This document shows positions 28,920 through 42,978 of a stretch of DNA of 64,000 nt, piece by piece. The stretch comes from the human T2T-CHM13v2.0 reference genome, Homo sapiens. A model generated the notes under the pieces. That model saw nothing but the letters and a program-made list of their open reading frames with translations, searched no databases and was not told the DNA's origin. Within the stretch, counting starts at the first letter, position 1, and the number at the start of each line of letters is the position of its first letter. The stretch lies in assembly GCF_009914755.1 (NCBI RefSeq), contig NC_060929.1. One strand, written 5' to 3'. A program made the translations under genes and the position numbers.

Positions 28920-30210
28920 GCCTTCTTTACCTTCTAATAACTCTTGAGTTGTTCTCTTCCTTGGTTTATAATTTCCCCAGCTCTGCAATTGTTGCTCTAA
29001 TGTTCCCTTTCCCCCCGGCATCATGTCTTCCTGGATGCAGCGTCTTCCCTTTTCTTTTTGAGACTATTAGGGTGTGTGGTTTTTTTTTGGTTATAGACAT
29101 TGAGTCCTGTCAGTTCCTTTAGAGTTCCTATTGTTGTTGTTGTTCTTGTTGTTGTTGTTTTTTCTCCCAAATTTTCTTTGTCATGGTCTTGTCCTTACAC
29201 GTTAGAGAGTTTCTCCAGGTAACCAGTGATGCTTGGCTGGTCTGCTTTTATGTGAAAGGGAGTTAGTGGATAGACATCTGAGAAGCACTATGCCTGGGAA
29301 TGCCTTTCTGACCGGGGGCTGCCTGCAGTTGGTCTCAATGGGGACTTCACTGTTTTGTTGGAGAATCCACAGTATCTGTCTCTGGGTCTTTTGTCTTGAG
29401 CTGGTCTGTTGTCCCAGGAGAAATTTGCCATCTTCTCCTGCCTGGGGTATAAACTGGCTGCTACAGGCTCTGGGTCAGAACTGGGTGCAGAGACATCAAC
29501 TTGCAGTCTCTAGACCTGTGCTGTCCAACACAGCAGCCCCTGACCATATGTAGCTATTTACAATGGAATTCATTAAAATAATTAAAATAAAAATTAATTC
29601 CTCAGTTGTGTTAGCCATATTTTAAGAGCCACAGGCCAGAGTTAGCTCTTGAATAATTAGCCAGGTCAGATATAGAACATTTTCATAACCTTCGAAGGTT
29701 CATTTGAGGAGTGCTGTTTCAGACTTTTGCTTTACATTCAGGAAGGCAACCTGCCCTTGGCTGGGCCTAGTGCCTTGAGATTAGAATCTCTCCCATTCAG
29801 CCACTCCAGAAAGAAAACTGCATTTTTAGGTTGGAGTGGAGGTGGAGGCTCTGTGTCTCCCACCTATGCTATCAGATGCTTCTCTGTAGGTGATGACTGT
29901 GTTGCTGGATCTGCCTCACTGTGTGACATGACACCACTGTCCCCTGCTCTCCCCTCAGTATGCACTTAATTTACACTTTCTCCATTGTGCTAAATCAGTT
30001 ACCTCCTGCCCACCTGCTCTCCAGCTCTCAACATTTTGTTGACATCTTTCACTCATGGCTTTCTTCCCTTTTGTTTGTTTTGTCTTTGTGGTTTTATAAG
30101 GGTTTCTTCTTTTCTTTTTTTCTTTTTATCCCTTTAGTCTGCTATAGCAGGGCTTAGAAGGAACTAGAGCTTGTAGTGTATGTTCTACCCACTATGTTTG
30201 AACTGGAAGG
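28920..30210 (-). mobile_element. HAL1-like fragment interrupted by MER3
   Basis: 'ctggggtataaactggctgc', 'tgctaaatcagttacc..aacattttgttgacatct', ends 'ccactatgtttgaactggaag'. Confidence 0.5.
29516..29716. mobile_element. MER3-like hAT MITE
   Basis: Termini ctgtgctgtccaa..gagtgctg; degenerate 8-bp TSD ctctagac/tttcagac. Confidence 0.7.
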
Positions 30211-30615
30211 ATTGTCACTTCTTATTATCTGTATCAGAGGCCTTAGGCAAGGAAATAAACTCTAAGGAATCTTTTGCCTCCAGCAAAAGAGGGCATAATT
30301 ATCACGACTTGCAGCTGAATCTGGTGTTGGCCAGAGACGTGCAATAAGTACCACAACTGGTGAGCAGAGCCGAATGAGCCTAAGGCCCTCATTCCTGCCT
30401 CCTAGTTTAGGTGGCAACTGCTTCATACAGTCATGTGGTTGAACCTGGTTCCAAATGCTCAGATGGAAGGAAGGTTCCCATGGTTGTATGACATCTTAGT
30501 CTTGCTAAACTTTCTCCTTTTATTAAAGATGTACTTCTTTAAGACACAAGCAGTTACTGAGAGTCAAATCCTGGTTCTAGTAGCATATCACAAGAACTAA
30601 CACTACCCTAGTACT

Positions 30616-30765
30616 CATCCATCCATCTGTCCATCCATCCAACTGTGCATCCATCCATCCATCCAGCCAGCCAGCCAGCCAGCCAGCCAGCCCCAGCCAG
30701 CTATCCATTCATCTATCCATCCATCCACCCATTCGTCTATCCATCCATCCATCCATGCATCCATT
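30616..30765. repeat. Compound (TCCA)n/(GCCA)n microsatellite at an L2 3' tail
   Basis: catc and cagc runs followed by ttcaataaacatttatt (antisense L2 end). Confidence 0.9.
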
Positions 30766-31299
30766 CTTCTATTCAATAAACATTTATTTAGCAGGGTAGG
30801 TGCCTGACCTTGGTTCACAAAATAACAAAAGCACTGATAATAGTATGTTTATTTTTAAATGACTAATAATTTACAAATAAAAATAGTTTATTTTCTCATA
30901 TATTTTCACCAATTCTCTGTATTTTTTAATGAAATTAATGAATACCATCAAGATAGGGCTTAGACATAAAAATTAGATTAACCAAAATTCTGAAATCATG
31001 GGCAACTGGATGAATGTCCTTTTTTTCGGTACTTTTCTGCTGTTTGTGACCCTCGCTCTCTCTATCTGTTCCTTCCTCCCACTGCTGACTGCATTCATTG
31101 TCTAGCCTTCTGTTCTTCCCAGGCTTATTCTCTCGCTGTCTTTCCGTGAAGTGTCTGGAAGGTGGTAGGTAACTCTTTCTTTGACCTGCACAGATTGAAT
31201 AGTGGCTCCAGAGGACTCACTCTACTAGTGTGTCCAGCTTTATGTGGAAGAGCCCTGAGTCTGTAGACAGGTTATATTCTGACAGGTATCAGAGGTAAA

Positions 31300-32420
31300 C
31301 GGTCCACTCCTTCCATTAACCCTCAATGCTAGGAACCACCTAATTCTCCAGGCTCTTCACTATATTAGCTCATCCCCCTCTACTTTTAATTGCCTTTTTT
31401 AGGCCTTGTATCTCCTCTGGTTGCATCACAAGTCTTGCCTTCTTTTCACGATCTACCTCGTAGCATGACCACATTATCTATTCTCCACTTCTTTCCCCCG
31501 CAAGCCTGCCCTTGCCCCCTCAACCTACTAATCCTGCATGCTTCAGCAGCTACCACCGAGTCTGATGGCCTTCTCAGAGCCTGCTTTCTGACCCCTCGCC
31601 AGTCTTCAACCTGACTGACCATTCTTTCTTTGGTGCTCACGTCCCCTTTATATTCTATAATTCTAGCTTCTTTCCTTAACTTTCTCTTGCTGCTCCTTTC
31701 CAAGGACTGCCTCTGTCTAAGATTCAGATTTATCCCTGTTTTTCTTTCCATAGTCTTTACCTGGAGGACTCAACACTACACAGGTGACTCCCAAATCAAT
31801 TTCCAGTCCTTACTTCCATCCCCACTCTAGTCCATCCAGGGCATTTGCAGTGATTCGCCTATTATCTCAACATCAATGCCTTCGAGTTTGAGTTCAGGTT
31901 CTTTTCAGATGCTTCTCATTCCGATTTCCCGAATCCCCTTATTGTTACCATTTTCTCCGCCTCTCCAGTGAACGCTGTTATTTTTGACTTTCTCAGCTCA
32001 CACAGTGTGTCCCATCATGAAGCCCTATTACCTTCTTCCATTTTCTCTTTCCTTCCAACTTTCTCTCAGTGCAGGTCATTATAACCTCACACTGGTACAA
32101 TGGCTGTCAAATTAAAAGCTTTTTACCCCACCCTGTGACATATGCTGACATAGCCTAACCTTCCTAAAGTGATGCTTTATTAGGTCATTATTCAGCTTTA
32201 CAGTGTTTAAGATTTCCCTACTGTCTTTTCAGATCAAGGTCAAGTTCCTGTGCTTGGTGCTCAAGGCTTTCCATCACCCAGTGTGGCCTGTCTTTATAGT
32301 CCCACATTTCTCTAGAAGGTCCTTGCCTCTGCTACACCACCTTCTAAAGTTGTTCTGTGTTGTCCTAAGCCTCTGACTTTACTAATCCTCTTCACCCTTC
32401 CTAATGAGAATTTCCCCTCC
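31300..32420 (+). mobile_element. Diverged L2 fragments
   Basis: 'caggtgactcccaaatc', 'atcaaggtcaagttcctgtgcttggtgctcaaggctttccat'. Confidence 0.45.
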
Positions 32421-32450
32421 AAATCTTATTCCATATGAACCCCACCTCTC

Positions 32451-32834
32451 CACAGCCAGCCCATTTCTGAAAGCTCAATTCAGACAAAACGGGGTGTGTT
32501 CAGGGTGGTATGGCTGTAGACCTCAAGACTCAATTCAGTTCACAGCCAGCCCATTTCTCAAGGCTCAATTCAGACAAGACCGGGTGTGTTCAGGATGGTA
32601 TGGCTGCAGACCTCAAGGCTCAATTCAGTTCTCCCCGGGTGTGTTCAGGGTGGTATGATTGCAGACCTCAAGACTCAATTCAATTCACAGCCAGCCCATT
32701 TCTCAAGGCTCAATTCAGACAAGACCGGGTGTGTTCAGGATGGTATGGCTGCAGACCTCAAGGCTCAATTCAATTCTCCCTGGGCGTGTTCAGGGTGGTA
32801 TGGCTGCAGACCTCCAGACTCAATTCAATTCTCC
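32451..32834. repeat. Minisatellite of 90-bp and 55-bp units (A A B A B)
   Basis: A starts at 32451, 32541, 32686; B starts at 32631, 32776; shared core gggtgtgttcagg(g/a)tggtatggctgcagacctcaa. Confidence 0.95.
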
Positions 32835-35689
32835 TTAAACCTGAAATTCTTCCCAGTGTTCTCCAGCCCACTATAGCCACTTCCTCCCCTAAATTCAGAA
32901 TGCACATTTCTTCATCCTCCTCTGTATTACTTTTGTCCCTCTTCGTTTCTCCTCTGCTCTCTTTGTTGGTATGCACTCTTTGATTCTGAATTTCTATTTG
33001 CCAAGGGAACATGTTCTAGATTTGAAATCCTAGGACTAGAAAGAAAAAGAAAAATTTATATATCTGTGCTTGTCCTCAGACAGGTATTTATTGGCAGCTT
33101 TGGGCAGCACCAAATGAATCAAGTATACCAAGCAATCAAACAACCAATAACTTTTTCACTTTATCTAAAATACAGCTAGAAAAACCTTAGTGGGAACAAA
33201 TGGTGAAGGTTCAGGGCTGCTATCTTTTAAATTTTACTATTCTCTTTGGTATGTGACTAAATATAAAAACGATGGCAAGATTAAATCAAGTTGAAGACCA
33301 ATAAAGTAAACATGAATCTTGCAGGTTGGCCCAAATCTAACAACTGATTTGGCATTTTAATAAAATTTATCAAATTGAATTGCTTTCCCTAAGAAACCAA
33401 TGTCTAAATATTTGTTTTGTCTGAATTTTTTTTATACTGATTATGAACAAATGTTGTGGCTAAATGACTAATGGCCTTTTTTGTTATTCTGTTTGAAGTG
33501 CTTTGTTCTTTATAGGTACCAGCAAAATAGGTGCCTATGGAATTTGATATTAACTTCCGTTTTTAACCTTGTTAGGCTTTCCTGGTTTGGGTAGGAAATT
33601 AATCATTAGTAGTATTTGCATAAGCAATGCTAAAAACTTCTTTGGCTTCTCAGAAAACTGAAATATTTAGTTCTTTGGAATTCACAGGCTCTTTCCTGCT
33701 GGGGAGTTACCCTGGGCCACCTGTTCCCCTCCTTCGCGCAATTTTCGTGTTTCTCTAATTTGATGCATTTCACTGGCAACTCCTGTGGACTGAAGAATGA
33801 AGGACATTCTGTTAAAAATCTTATGATTTTTTTTCCTCAAGACTTAAGTGTGAAAGGGGAAAAAAATAACTAAAAGAGGACTTAGGTGTATTTACAGCTT
33901 TTCAAGGACTTCCTTCCTTGCCTACAACCAACTGGCTCTTGGATGCATGATAAAAAAAGACATGACAAGTCAGCGATTTTTAAGTTGGTCAAGATAAAGT
34001 TCCCTGAAAAGAAAACTGGAAGTGAGTTAGTACAAAGAGACAAAATGAAAACATGCTGGACTTCATGTAAAGACCAGAAGACCCAGTGCAGCATAGCTGC
34101 CCTTGTCTCCTATTGATAACCCTGTGACATTATGCTGCGCTGGGCCACGTCTCTGTCCAGCCCCTTAGCCAAGAATTGGTTTTAGCAAAATGAAGCCCAT
34201 CAGATTCAGCCTTGAATTGCATATTCCTTTTTGTGAGCATCTATATGGGGCTGTGTTTTGCCACATTTCTTTTGCCTAAAGTTGCCATGCTCTGTCTTGC
34301 AAAAAGGACTCTTATGGATTTTAGCTTACTTTCGGGTAGTGTTGAGTGGTCATAATAAAAATAACGTTTGACAACAGGCAGGTTACATAACTCCACTTTT
34401 TTTCCTGCCACAATTAATAGCTCTAATACTGCCAGAGAGTGCTGTTCAAAATGAAGATTCAAGTTGGAGTCCTTTACTTGCTTTGACTACCAGGATTCCC
34501 TGTGTTTGTGCACAGAGTAAAAAAAATCATTGCGAAGAGTCCTAGAGGGAGCTTGAATGAGAAGAGGGTGTATTTAGTCTGCTAAATGAACAGGAAGCAG
34601 GTGGAGCAGGCACTGAACTTTCTAAGACTTCACGTGAGTGCCGTGGGTGGGGTCAGGTTCTTCACTTAGCATGCAGTCAGTTTTGTGAAGGCCTTTTTCC
34701 GTTCTTCCTTATCAACTTGAACCTGCTCCTGTTGGCCCATGCCAACAAGGCACTGGGAGCCAAGCTGGTTCATGATCAACTCTTGGCTCTGCAGTCAGAG
34801 GGCTACTCCACACTAGGGTGCAATCATTATCTTGATGGATAGGCTGTTGGCATAATGAAGCATTTGTTTTTCAAATTGCACCCAATCTAGAAGTATTTTT
34901 CTTTTTCTTGGTCAGAGGAAGCAGGAGGCATCTGGTGGGGACCCACAGATGAGAATCGAAGGATCCTGCAACTTTGTGCAAAGAGAAGGGTTCAGCCAGG
35001 ATAGGCATCTGACAACGTTATGAAGAGCAAACGTGATTTTATGGAGCAGTGCAGTTGGGCTGAATCTATTTTAAGAGAACTTTGGGCAAGTCTGGATTTT
35101 TGTGAAAATGGCAATAAGATTCCAGATGGGAGGACATGACATTGGTATAGACCAGAGTGGGACAAGAGCTGTGCAAGATACGAAAGAGAATCAGTGGAAC
35201 CAGACAATATATGAAGTGGGTTGGGCCAGAAAGAGATAACTAGGGATTTACACTAACTCCATAATAAAGAGAAATTGGAAGTCAATGCACCATTGCTTAT
35301 AGCATGCCGTGTTTGAAGATAGTCAAGATAATTAGGGTAAACTGCAGACTTTACTTATTTTAGGATGTAGATTGTCATTCACCAAGAAGCCTCTTTTGGT
35401 CACCAGTTGAAGAACTTGTACAGATAGCTACTGGCATACGTAGACTTTTCCCCCGACAGCTTTGATCCTGATTTTATAGAGAAGCAATCATAAGAGAACT
35501 TCATAATCATCTTCTGCCAAACATGTTGATGGTCTGGGTCCATATGCATAAACTTTATCACCTTTCCAAGGGAAATGACTTTTCCTTGTCCTAACAAAGT
35601 CCGGCCCCCGCTACCCAACATGCCTTGGTGTGCCGGATTTCCTTCTTTCTCTACTATTCTGGAAATTTGTGACTAAAATTACTTCCTTT

Positions 35690-36420
35690 AGCTGTTATAT
35701 AATCAAATTTTAATTTTTAGTGGGTCATTTACATCAGCATATAAAATTCCATATTTTCTTCCTTTAAAATATCCTTCCCATGACAGAATTATCCCTCCAG
35801 CTACTACCCCATTTCACTGCTGTCTTTAGAACAAAATTCCTAAAAAGAGTTGCCTCTTTCTGTCTTTACTTTAGCACTTCTCATTCTGATTTGAATGTAT
35901 TTCAAGCAAGGCTTTGACCCAGGAATCCTGCTGAAATCATTATTGTCAAGGTCACCAACTTTCTCCATGTCCCCAAGTATGACGGTCTATCCCATTCCTC
36001 AGCAGCATTTGGTAGAGTGCTCAGACCTCACTCTTCACACCCTTGTTTCATGTGGCTTTGCTGGACTTTCTCATTCTCAGTCTCCTTCTTTTATTCCTCT
36101 AAAGATCAGCATGGATTTTGAGCTGATCACTGACCTTCTAGCTATGTTTACCTGGCAGGTGATTTTACACATATGCAGGGCTTTAAGTTCCAACTACACA
36201 GAAAGCTCTCTCCATACCTTTGCTCTGTTTCATGCACTTCTCACTACCTGACATGCATGTGTTCAGACTTTATTTGTTTATTTATTCCCACTAAAATATA
36301 ACCTCCAGATGTGCAAGGAACACTGCCAGTTTGGTTATTATGATATCTTCGGTGCTTAAAATAATGACCAGTCCATAAGAGGAGCTCAACATACATATGT
36401 TGAACAAGAAAATAAAGGTA
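35690..36420 (+). mobile_element. L2 fragment with 3' end
   Basis: 'gctgaaatcattattgtcaaggtcaccaac', 'ctcagcagcatttggtagagt', 'gagctcaacatacatatgttgaa'. Confidence 0.65.
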
Positions 36421-36656
36421 TCAATAAATTAACAAATCGTGACTAAGGGTTCCTGACTTCTTGAGTCATGATTCATATAACTAAAGTGGACAGAACAGGT
36501 AAGAACTACCCTTTAGAAACATTGCCTTCACTAAATTTACTTATTTAGTTAGTTGCTGTTATTGAAATAACATTTTACAGTTACAAACATAACACAAGAC
36601 AATTTGAAGGTATTTGATATGTACCCACCAGGCAGATTAAAAAAAAAATAACTTTG

Positions 36657-37364
<708 letters not shown>

Positions 37365-37785
37365 GCTCCCCATGTTTCTTTCTTTGTTGCTTGTTTTATT
37401 TCTTTGTGTCTCTATTCATGAAAATCTTCTCATTGTGAATCTTCAATAAAAGTGTATCTATTTCTAAACTCCGTGTATGTACTAATGTGCTAATATGTAC
37501 TGTATGTATTATATATTTGTATTATATGTATTATATGTAATGTATTATATGTTTCACACAACATATCCCCCAAAAGAGATAAAACATCTTACGATAAAGA
37601 GAAAGTGAACATAATTTAAACATCTACTGTTAATTGCCAGTGTCAAACTATCACTTGCTAATAGCTCAATGCACAGTATCATTGTTAGTATGGATGAATA
37701 TAAATCTGTACAGCTAATAGTTTTCTGATAATTTTGAATGTTTTGGGCTGACTTTTTACCAGACCTGATTAGACCATCATTCTTT

Positions 37786-38025
37786 TTAAAAAACTTTTAG
37801 GTTCAGGGGTACATGTGCAGGCTTGTTATATAGGTAAACGTGTGTCACGGGGGCTTGTACAAATTATTTCATCACCCAGATAATAAGTCTAGTACCCAAT
37901 AGTGATTTTTCTGGAATCTCTCCCTCCTCCAACCATTTAGCCTCAGGTAGGCCTCAGTGTCTGTTGTTCCCTTCCTTATGTCCATGTGTTCTCATCATTT
38001 AGCTCCCCACTTACACACGAGAAGG
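37786..38025 (-). mobile_element. 5'-truncated L1 3' end (L1PA13-16-like)
   Basis: ttttaggttcaggggtacatgtgcagg..; TSD taga(c/t)catcattcttt at 37770-37785 and 38026-38041. Confidence 0.88.
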
Positions 38026-38529
38026 TAGATCATCATTCTTTGCCTCCTGTGGCGGTTAATGGAGACTTTTCAGAATGCCTGCCCTTCCTCTGTTAGTCAC
38101 TTGTGATTGCACTGTAAGTTTTGTGCTCACTAAGTACTTTCTTTACTGGAATCTTTTAATGCCTGCTGTCCATTTTGTGGGGATTGGCTTAGACTTGACT
38201 ATATCCATAATTCTGTTTACTATGATATGTAAGTTGGCCGCCTACATGACTGCAATGGCAGCATTTACTGAGGGTGAGTGAAGGAGCGAGGATCACTTGT
38301 TAACCCATCCAGCTGGGAGTCCCATTCTGTTTGCACAATGTCCTATGTCTGTCCACATGCGACCTGTGATCAGCTGATATTGGGCTGAAAGGGGTACCAG
38401 TGGAATACACATATTACATATCATTCAGGCCAAAATTCTCTTTTTTAAAATACAACTCTATAATATAGAAATAAAAATTTCATGGTTTCTTCTTAGAAGA
38501 AACCACAGTCCCATTTCACAAACCCTCTG

Positions 38530-38685
38530 GGCTGTGCAGCTGCTTTTTAGACCACTTCTGAACAGAAAGGTCTGTGGGTATACATGTCCTTGAGCTCTAC
38601 CCTGAGAATCCCCAGGGCCTAGAAACTGGACTTTTAAATGTTCCCTAGGCAAGTCAGATATACAGCCAAGATTGAAAAATTAGTA
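38530..38685. mobile_element. MER5-like hAT fragment
   Basis: 'gggcctagaaactggacttttaaatgttccctaggcaagtcagatatacagccaagattgaaaa'. Confidence 0.5.
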
Positions 38686-38753
38686 TTTTCCCAAATGTTG
38701 CCTTTAATAGGTTGTCTTTTCCTTGTTCTCTCTCTCTTTTTATAATAATGTCC

Positions 38754-39160
38754 TGTCGTGGTTACGCTTTATTTGGCAGTTTGGTGAGGCAATGACACTC
38801 AGTTGTTGGGTTTGGTCAAACACGAATCTAGATGTTGCTAGGAAGGTATTTTGTAGGCATGATGAACAATTACAATAAGTTGACTTTAAGTAAAGGAGAT
38901 TACCCTCGGTAATGTGGGTGGGCTTCATCCAAACCATTGAAAGCCTTAAGAGCAAATACTGAGGTTTCTTGGAGAAGAAGGAATTCTGCCTCAAGACTGA
39001 CATAGAAATCCCACCTGAGCTTTCATCCCATTGGCCTGCCCTACAGATTTTGGACTTGCTAGCCCCATGATTGCATGAGTCAATTCCTTAAAAAAGAAAC
39101 ACACACACACACACACACACGTGTGTGTGTGTGTGTGTGTGTATTAGTTTCTTTGGACCT
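38754..39160 (+). mobile_element. MLT2 (ERVL) LTR, MLT2D-like, with internal microsatellite
   Basis: 'gactttaagtaaaggagattaccctc..tgtgggtgggcttcatccaa..aattctgcctcaagactg..gccctacagattttggacttgc'. Confidence 0.85.
39099..39142. repeat. (AC)11(GT)11 perfect palindrome
   Basis: Read directly from the sequence. Confidence 0.97.
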
Positions 39161-39184
39161 ACCACTTATTTTAAGAATAACACA

Positions 39185-39464
39185 AGCCTGGTGCAATGGC
39201 TTATGCCTGTAATCCCAGCACTTTAGGAGGCCGACTTGAGTGAATGGCTTGAGCCCAGGAATTTGAGACCAGCCTGAGCACCATGGTGAAACCCCATCTC
39301 GACACAAAATACAAAAATTAACCAGGTGTGGTAGTGCATGCCTGTGGTCCCAGCTACTTGGGAGGCTGATGTGGGAGGATTGTGTGGACCTGGGAGGTGG
39401 AGGTTGCAGACTGCATCACTACAATCCAGCCTGGGCAAGAGGGCAAGACTCTTTCTTAAAAAAA
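39185..39464 (+). mobile_element. AluJ
   Basis: gcctgtaatcccagcacttt..gcttgagcccaggaatttgagaccagcctg..tccagcctgggcaa. Confidence 0.9.
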
Positions 39465-39525
39465 CTCAATTAATAAACTTTAAATATAAATAAGTACAAA
39501 GTGTAAGCTAAAACTCAACTGTAAT

Positions 39526-39624
39526 TGAAGAAAGAAAGAGAAGAAGAAAGAAAGAAAAAGAAAAGGAAAAAGAAAGAGAAAGAAAGAAGAAAGAGAAAAG
39601 AAAGAAAGAAAGAAAGGAAAGAAA
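39526..39624. repeat. (GAAA)n-like purine-rich tract
   Basis: Read directly from the sequence. Confidence 0.9.
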
Positions 39625-41679
39625 GGCTGTTTCAAAGCTGTATTATTTATATGTTCAGGGTCCTTTTCTAACAGAAAGATCATTAACATAATAAAAAGCC
39701 CTGAAACACAGAGTGCAATTATTGACATATTTGTCTCCTTTGCTGAACCACGAGCTTCCTGAGAATAAGCACTCCATGTTATGTATTTTTTTATGCTATT
39801 GTTCAATACAGTATACTATCGAGCACATTGTAGATTCTTAATAAACACTTTTGAATAAATGGCTGAGTAAACGGGAGAATAGGTGGAAGAAAAAGTTTTA
39901 AAAACATTAATTGTGAATAGATATATGAACTGATGAATGTGGAGAAGACTCAAGCTTATGAGTCAGCAAAGGAAATGGTGGAGGTAGTTGTCCCCGGGAA
40001 GCAGAGGGACTGATCTGACACAACGTGTTGGAGGAAGCGTGATGAATTTGTATCAGCACCGGTATATAGGACTCTGCCACTTTTTTCAGCAAGAATCAGC
40101 TCCATGTGCAGGGGAGGACAGCTGGATTGGTCCAGCTGCAGCATTTGTTAGGCAGATTCAGCAAAAGGCAAGAAAGAATGAGCTGAGGGCATTCACCCAG
40201 TGAGGTCCTGGTGAGACCTTTAATTAGTGACAGCAAATTAAATAATTAGCTATCATAAAATTAAAATACATATATGGTGGGAAAAAGAGAGAGGACAAGA
40301 GGAAGAAGTTGTATTTACTATGATAACTTGAGGTTCTTTTTTTGCATGTGAAGAATTTCCAGGTGATAAAAAGATCCAGGATGTGACCAAGAGAATGAAT
40401 CCCTGAAATAAAATGGAAAAGAAGGTCGTAGAAACCAAACAAGTGGAAAAACTTTGAGGCAAGCATCTTGGATGGGCTTCCCATATGGGCAGTGAAGTTC
40501 CTCAGGAAGAGAATTGGACTTACAGAGAAACAAATGACTATGAGCTAAACCCTCACGGAATCCTCACAGTGAGTCAGAAAGACAGAGAGGTGATTGGGAA
40601 GGCGTGATCATGAGTAATGGAGACTGATGATGTCCAGGACGTTTTCAATATAGTTAAGGAGAAACAATCATGAGAATGAGGTCTCCTGGTCCCAAGAAAT
40701 TTTAGGTGAGGAGCCTCAAGCACTGTACAGAGAGTGAGATTCTTTATGTAGAATTGCTTTAATATAAAGTAGTTTGATGATTTGTTGGAATTTACTCGTG
40801 TTATTAAATGCTATGCTGAAAGATTGGATGATTAGGAATTTAAGAGTTTTGTTTTGTGCTACCTTTTGAATGGGTCAAAGGATTCAGATTTTATGTGGAC
40901 AAGGCCAGCCTAGACAAGCAGGCATCACATTGACTAAAAGGATGGAAATTAGATAACAGTATTAACAGCATAGGGTTTTGGGCATTCAGGAGAATGTGCT
41001 AAAACTTAGAATAAAGGAACCAAGGAGAATGAAGGGAAATTGAAAAGAATCATTACCTCTTTTTCTATTGCCTGGGGTTAGCAGGGCTAAACAGGTGGGA
41101 TTTATCATTGGGTATAAAATGCTACATTATTAATCTACATTTTCAGTTTTTCCTGGGCACTTACAGGGAATAAATGCTGTGATAACTTTGGTCAAGCAAT
41201 CAACGAAGTATTCTTCAAACAAAGAGGCTAATTTTATCATTTGTAAAATCTTTCTTTTCCAAAATATTTTATATTGAAATGAATGACTCATAGCTCCATT
41301 TAGGAAAGGGATTTGCAATTTTATTTTTTATTTCAGTAACTTTTAAAACACCAATTTTTAAGTATATATATTTTTAAAAGAGAATAAGACTTCTTGTTTT
41401 CAGCCAACTACTTTGTTGTATACTTGATGTTTTTGACAGTAATTTTCTGGGATTATAACTTTGCGAATTATAAAATGTTCCAATTGGAAATCTCTAAATT
41501 GGGTGTTGGGTTTACTGCTTAGCTCACCAGGGTTGGGACTGAGCACTAGGAAAAAATAATTCTCATCTTAATTGCTTATTAGAGTACACTGAGTTATCTG
41601 TATCAGTATTTATGAAGCTATGGATTAATTTGGAAAATATATTGGGTTCATTGGATTCACAAGTTGTTTTAAAAGTGGC

Positions 41680-41763
41680 TCAATTTATTCATTCTACAAT
41701 GTGTACATATTTTAAGACATCACGTTGTATACGATAAATATATATAATTTTCTCAATTAAAAG
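41680..41763 (+). mobile_element. Short L1M 3' end
   Basis: 'cattctacaatgtgtacatattttaagacatcacgttgtatacgataaatatatataatttt..tcaattaaaa'. Confidence 0.65.
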
Positions 41764-42184
41764 TAATTATATTAATTTTAAAAAGGCAATTCTTGTTTTT
41801 TACCGATTTTGAATGCTTTTGGGGACAACTGTTTAAATAACCTATAAGTTGCAACGCTGTGTGTTAATGATACTTTCTTACCCTTCTAGCCTACAAGAGT
41901 TGATCTTAAGAGTTCAGTGTCTTTCTATAAATAATGTGTTAGAAAGTAAAAGAGCAGCAGATTTTAGTCTCCCATTTGAGACTGTAGGGAAAGTTGACAT
42001 TCAAGGAACTTAAATGTCAGTCTGAAGCTCAGGTGTCCTGGTTCTGCTTCCATGCTTTAGCTATGAATCCAGATGGTCTCTCTGAAGCAAAACCTTACAG
42101 ATGATCATGGAATTTTATACTCATAAGAGTTTAAGGCGAGGAACTCACTTGGGGAGATCACTCAGTTCGGTCTTCAGTTATTCA

Positions 42185-42187
<3 letters not shown>

Positions 42188-42259
<72 letters not shown>
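42188..42259. repeat. Compound (TC)n(TG)n microsatellite
   Basis: Read directly from the sequence. Confidence 0.97.
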
Positions 42260-42260
<1 letters not shown>

Positions 42261-42261
42261 C

Positions 42262-42978
42262 TTATGATTATCTTGTAGAGCTAGTTTATTCTTTCTTTTA
42301 ATATGCTCAATAAAGGAAAAATTTATATGCAATGTTTTCAGTAATTTATCACCATTAAGGTGCTTGTATTAAAAATGCAATACCTTAAAAAGCCAGAAGG
42401 CAAAGACAGAGCATAGCATTAGATAATTGCACATAGGGCAGTAACCATGAATCTGAAGTAAATAAAATAAGCCATTCTCTGGAACATGCAAAAAGCTTCT
42501 CTTACTTTGCTCACTAGGCACAATGATGAGAACATTATTTGAAAAAGAACATGGGAGAACTTTAACAACTATATTAAAGTTAGCCTACATGTGTGGAATA
42601 TATGTTCATTGATTTTACAACTTTTTAAATAATGCTAGGATCACAGATTTTAGTTATATATATATAACTATTATATATGTGTGTATTATATATACTAAAT
42701 GTATATAACCATATACACTATATAAATATTTACTGTCTGGTCGTTTTTAATAAAAGTTTGCCAATCTCTGCTTTATACTATTACTTTAATTTAAATCATA
42801 TATATGTATTTAGTGTATATAGCATATATACACTAAATATATATAACTATATATATGTTATGATCATCTTGTAGAGATAGTTTGTTCTTTCAAGATGCTC
42901 AATTAAGGAAAGCATTTATATGCAATGTTTTCAGTAATTTATCACAATTAAAGTGCTTATGTTAAAAAATGTAATACC
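42262..42978 (+). repeat. ~120-bp direct duplication (42262-42384 and 42858-42978)
   Basis: ttatgat(t/c)atcttgtagag..atttatatgcaatgttttcagtaatttatcac..aatacc present in both. Confidence 0.92.

Noticed and set aside
32451-32834. CRISPR-like array or coding repeat (ORFs 32404-32983)
   Set aside because: No unique spacers, eukaryotic context, and the ORFs merely cycle through the frames of the minisatellite.
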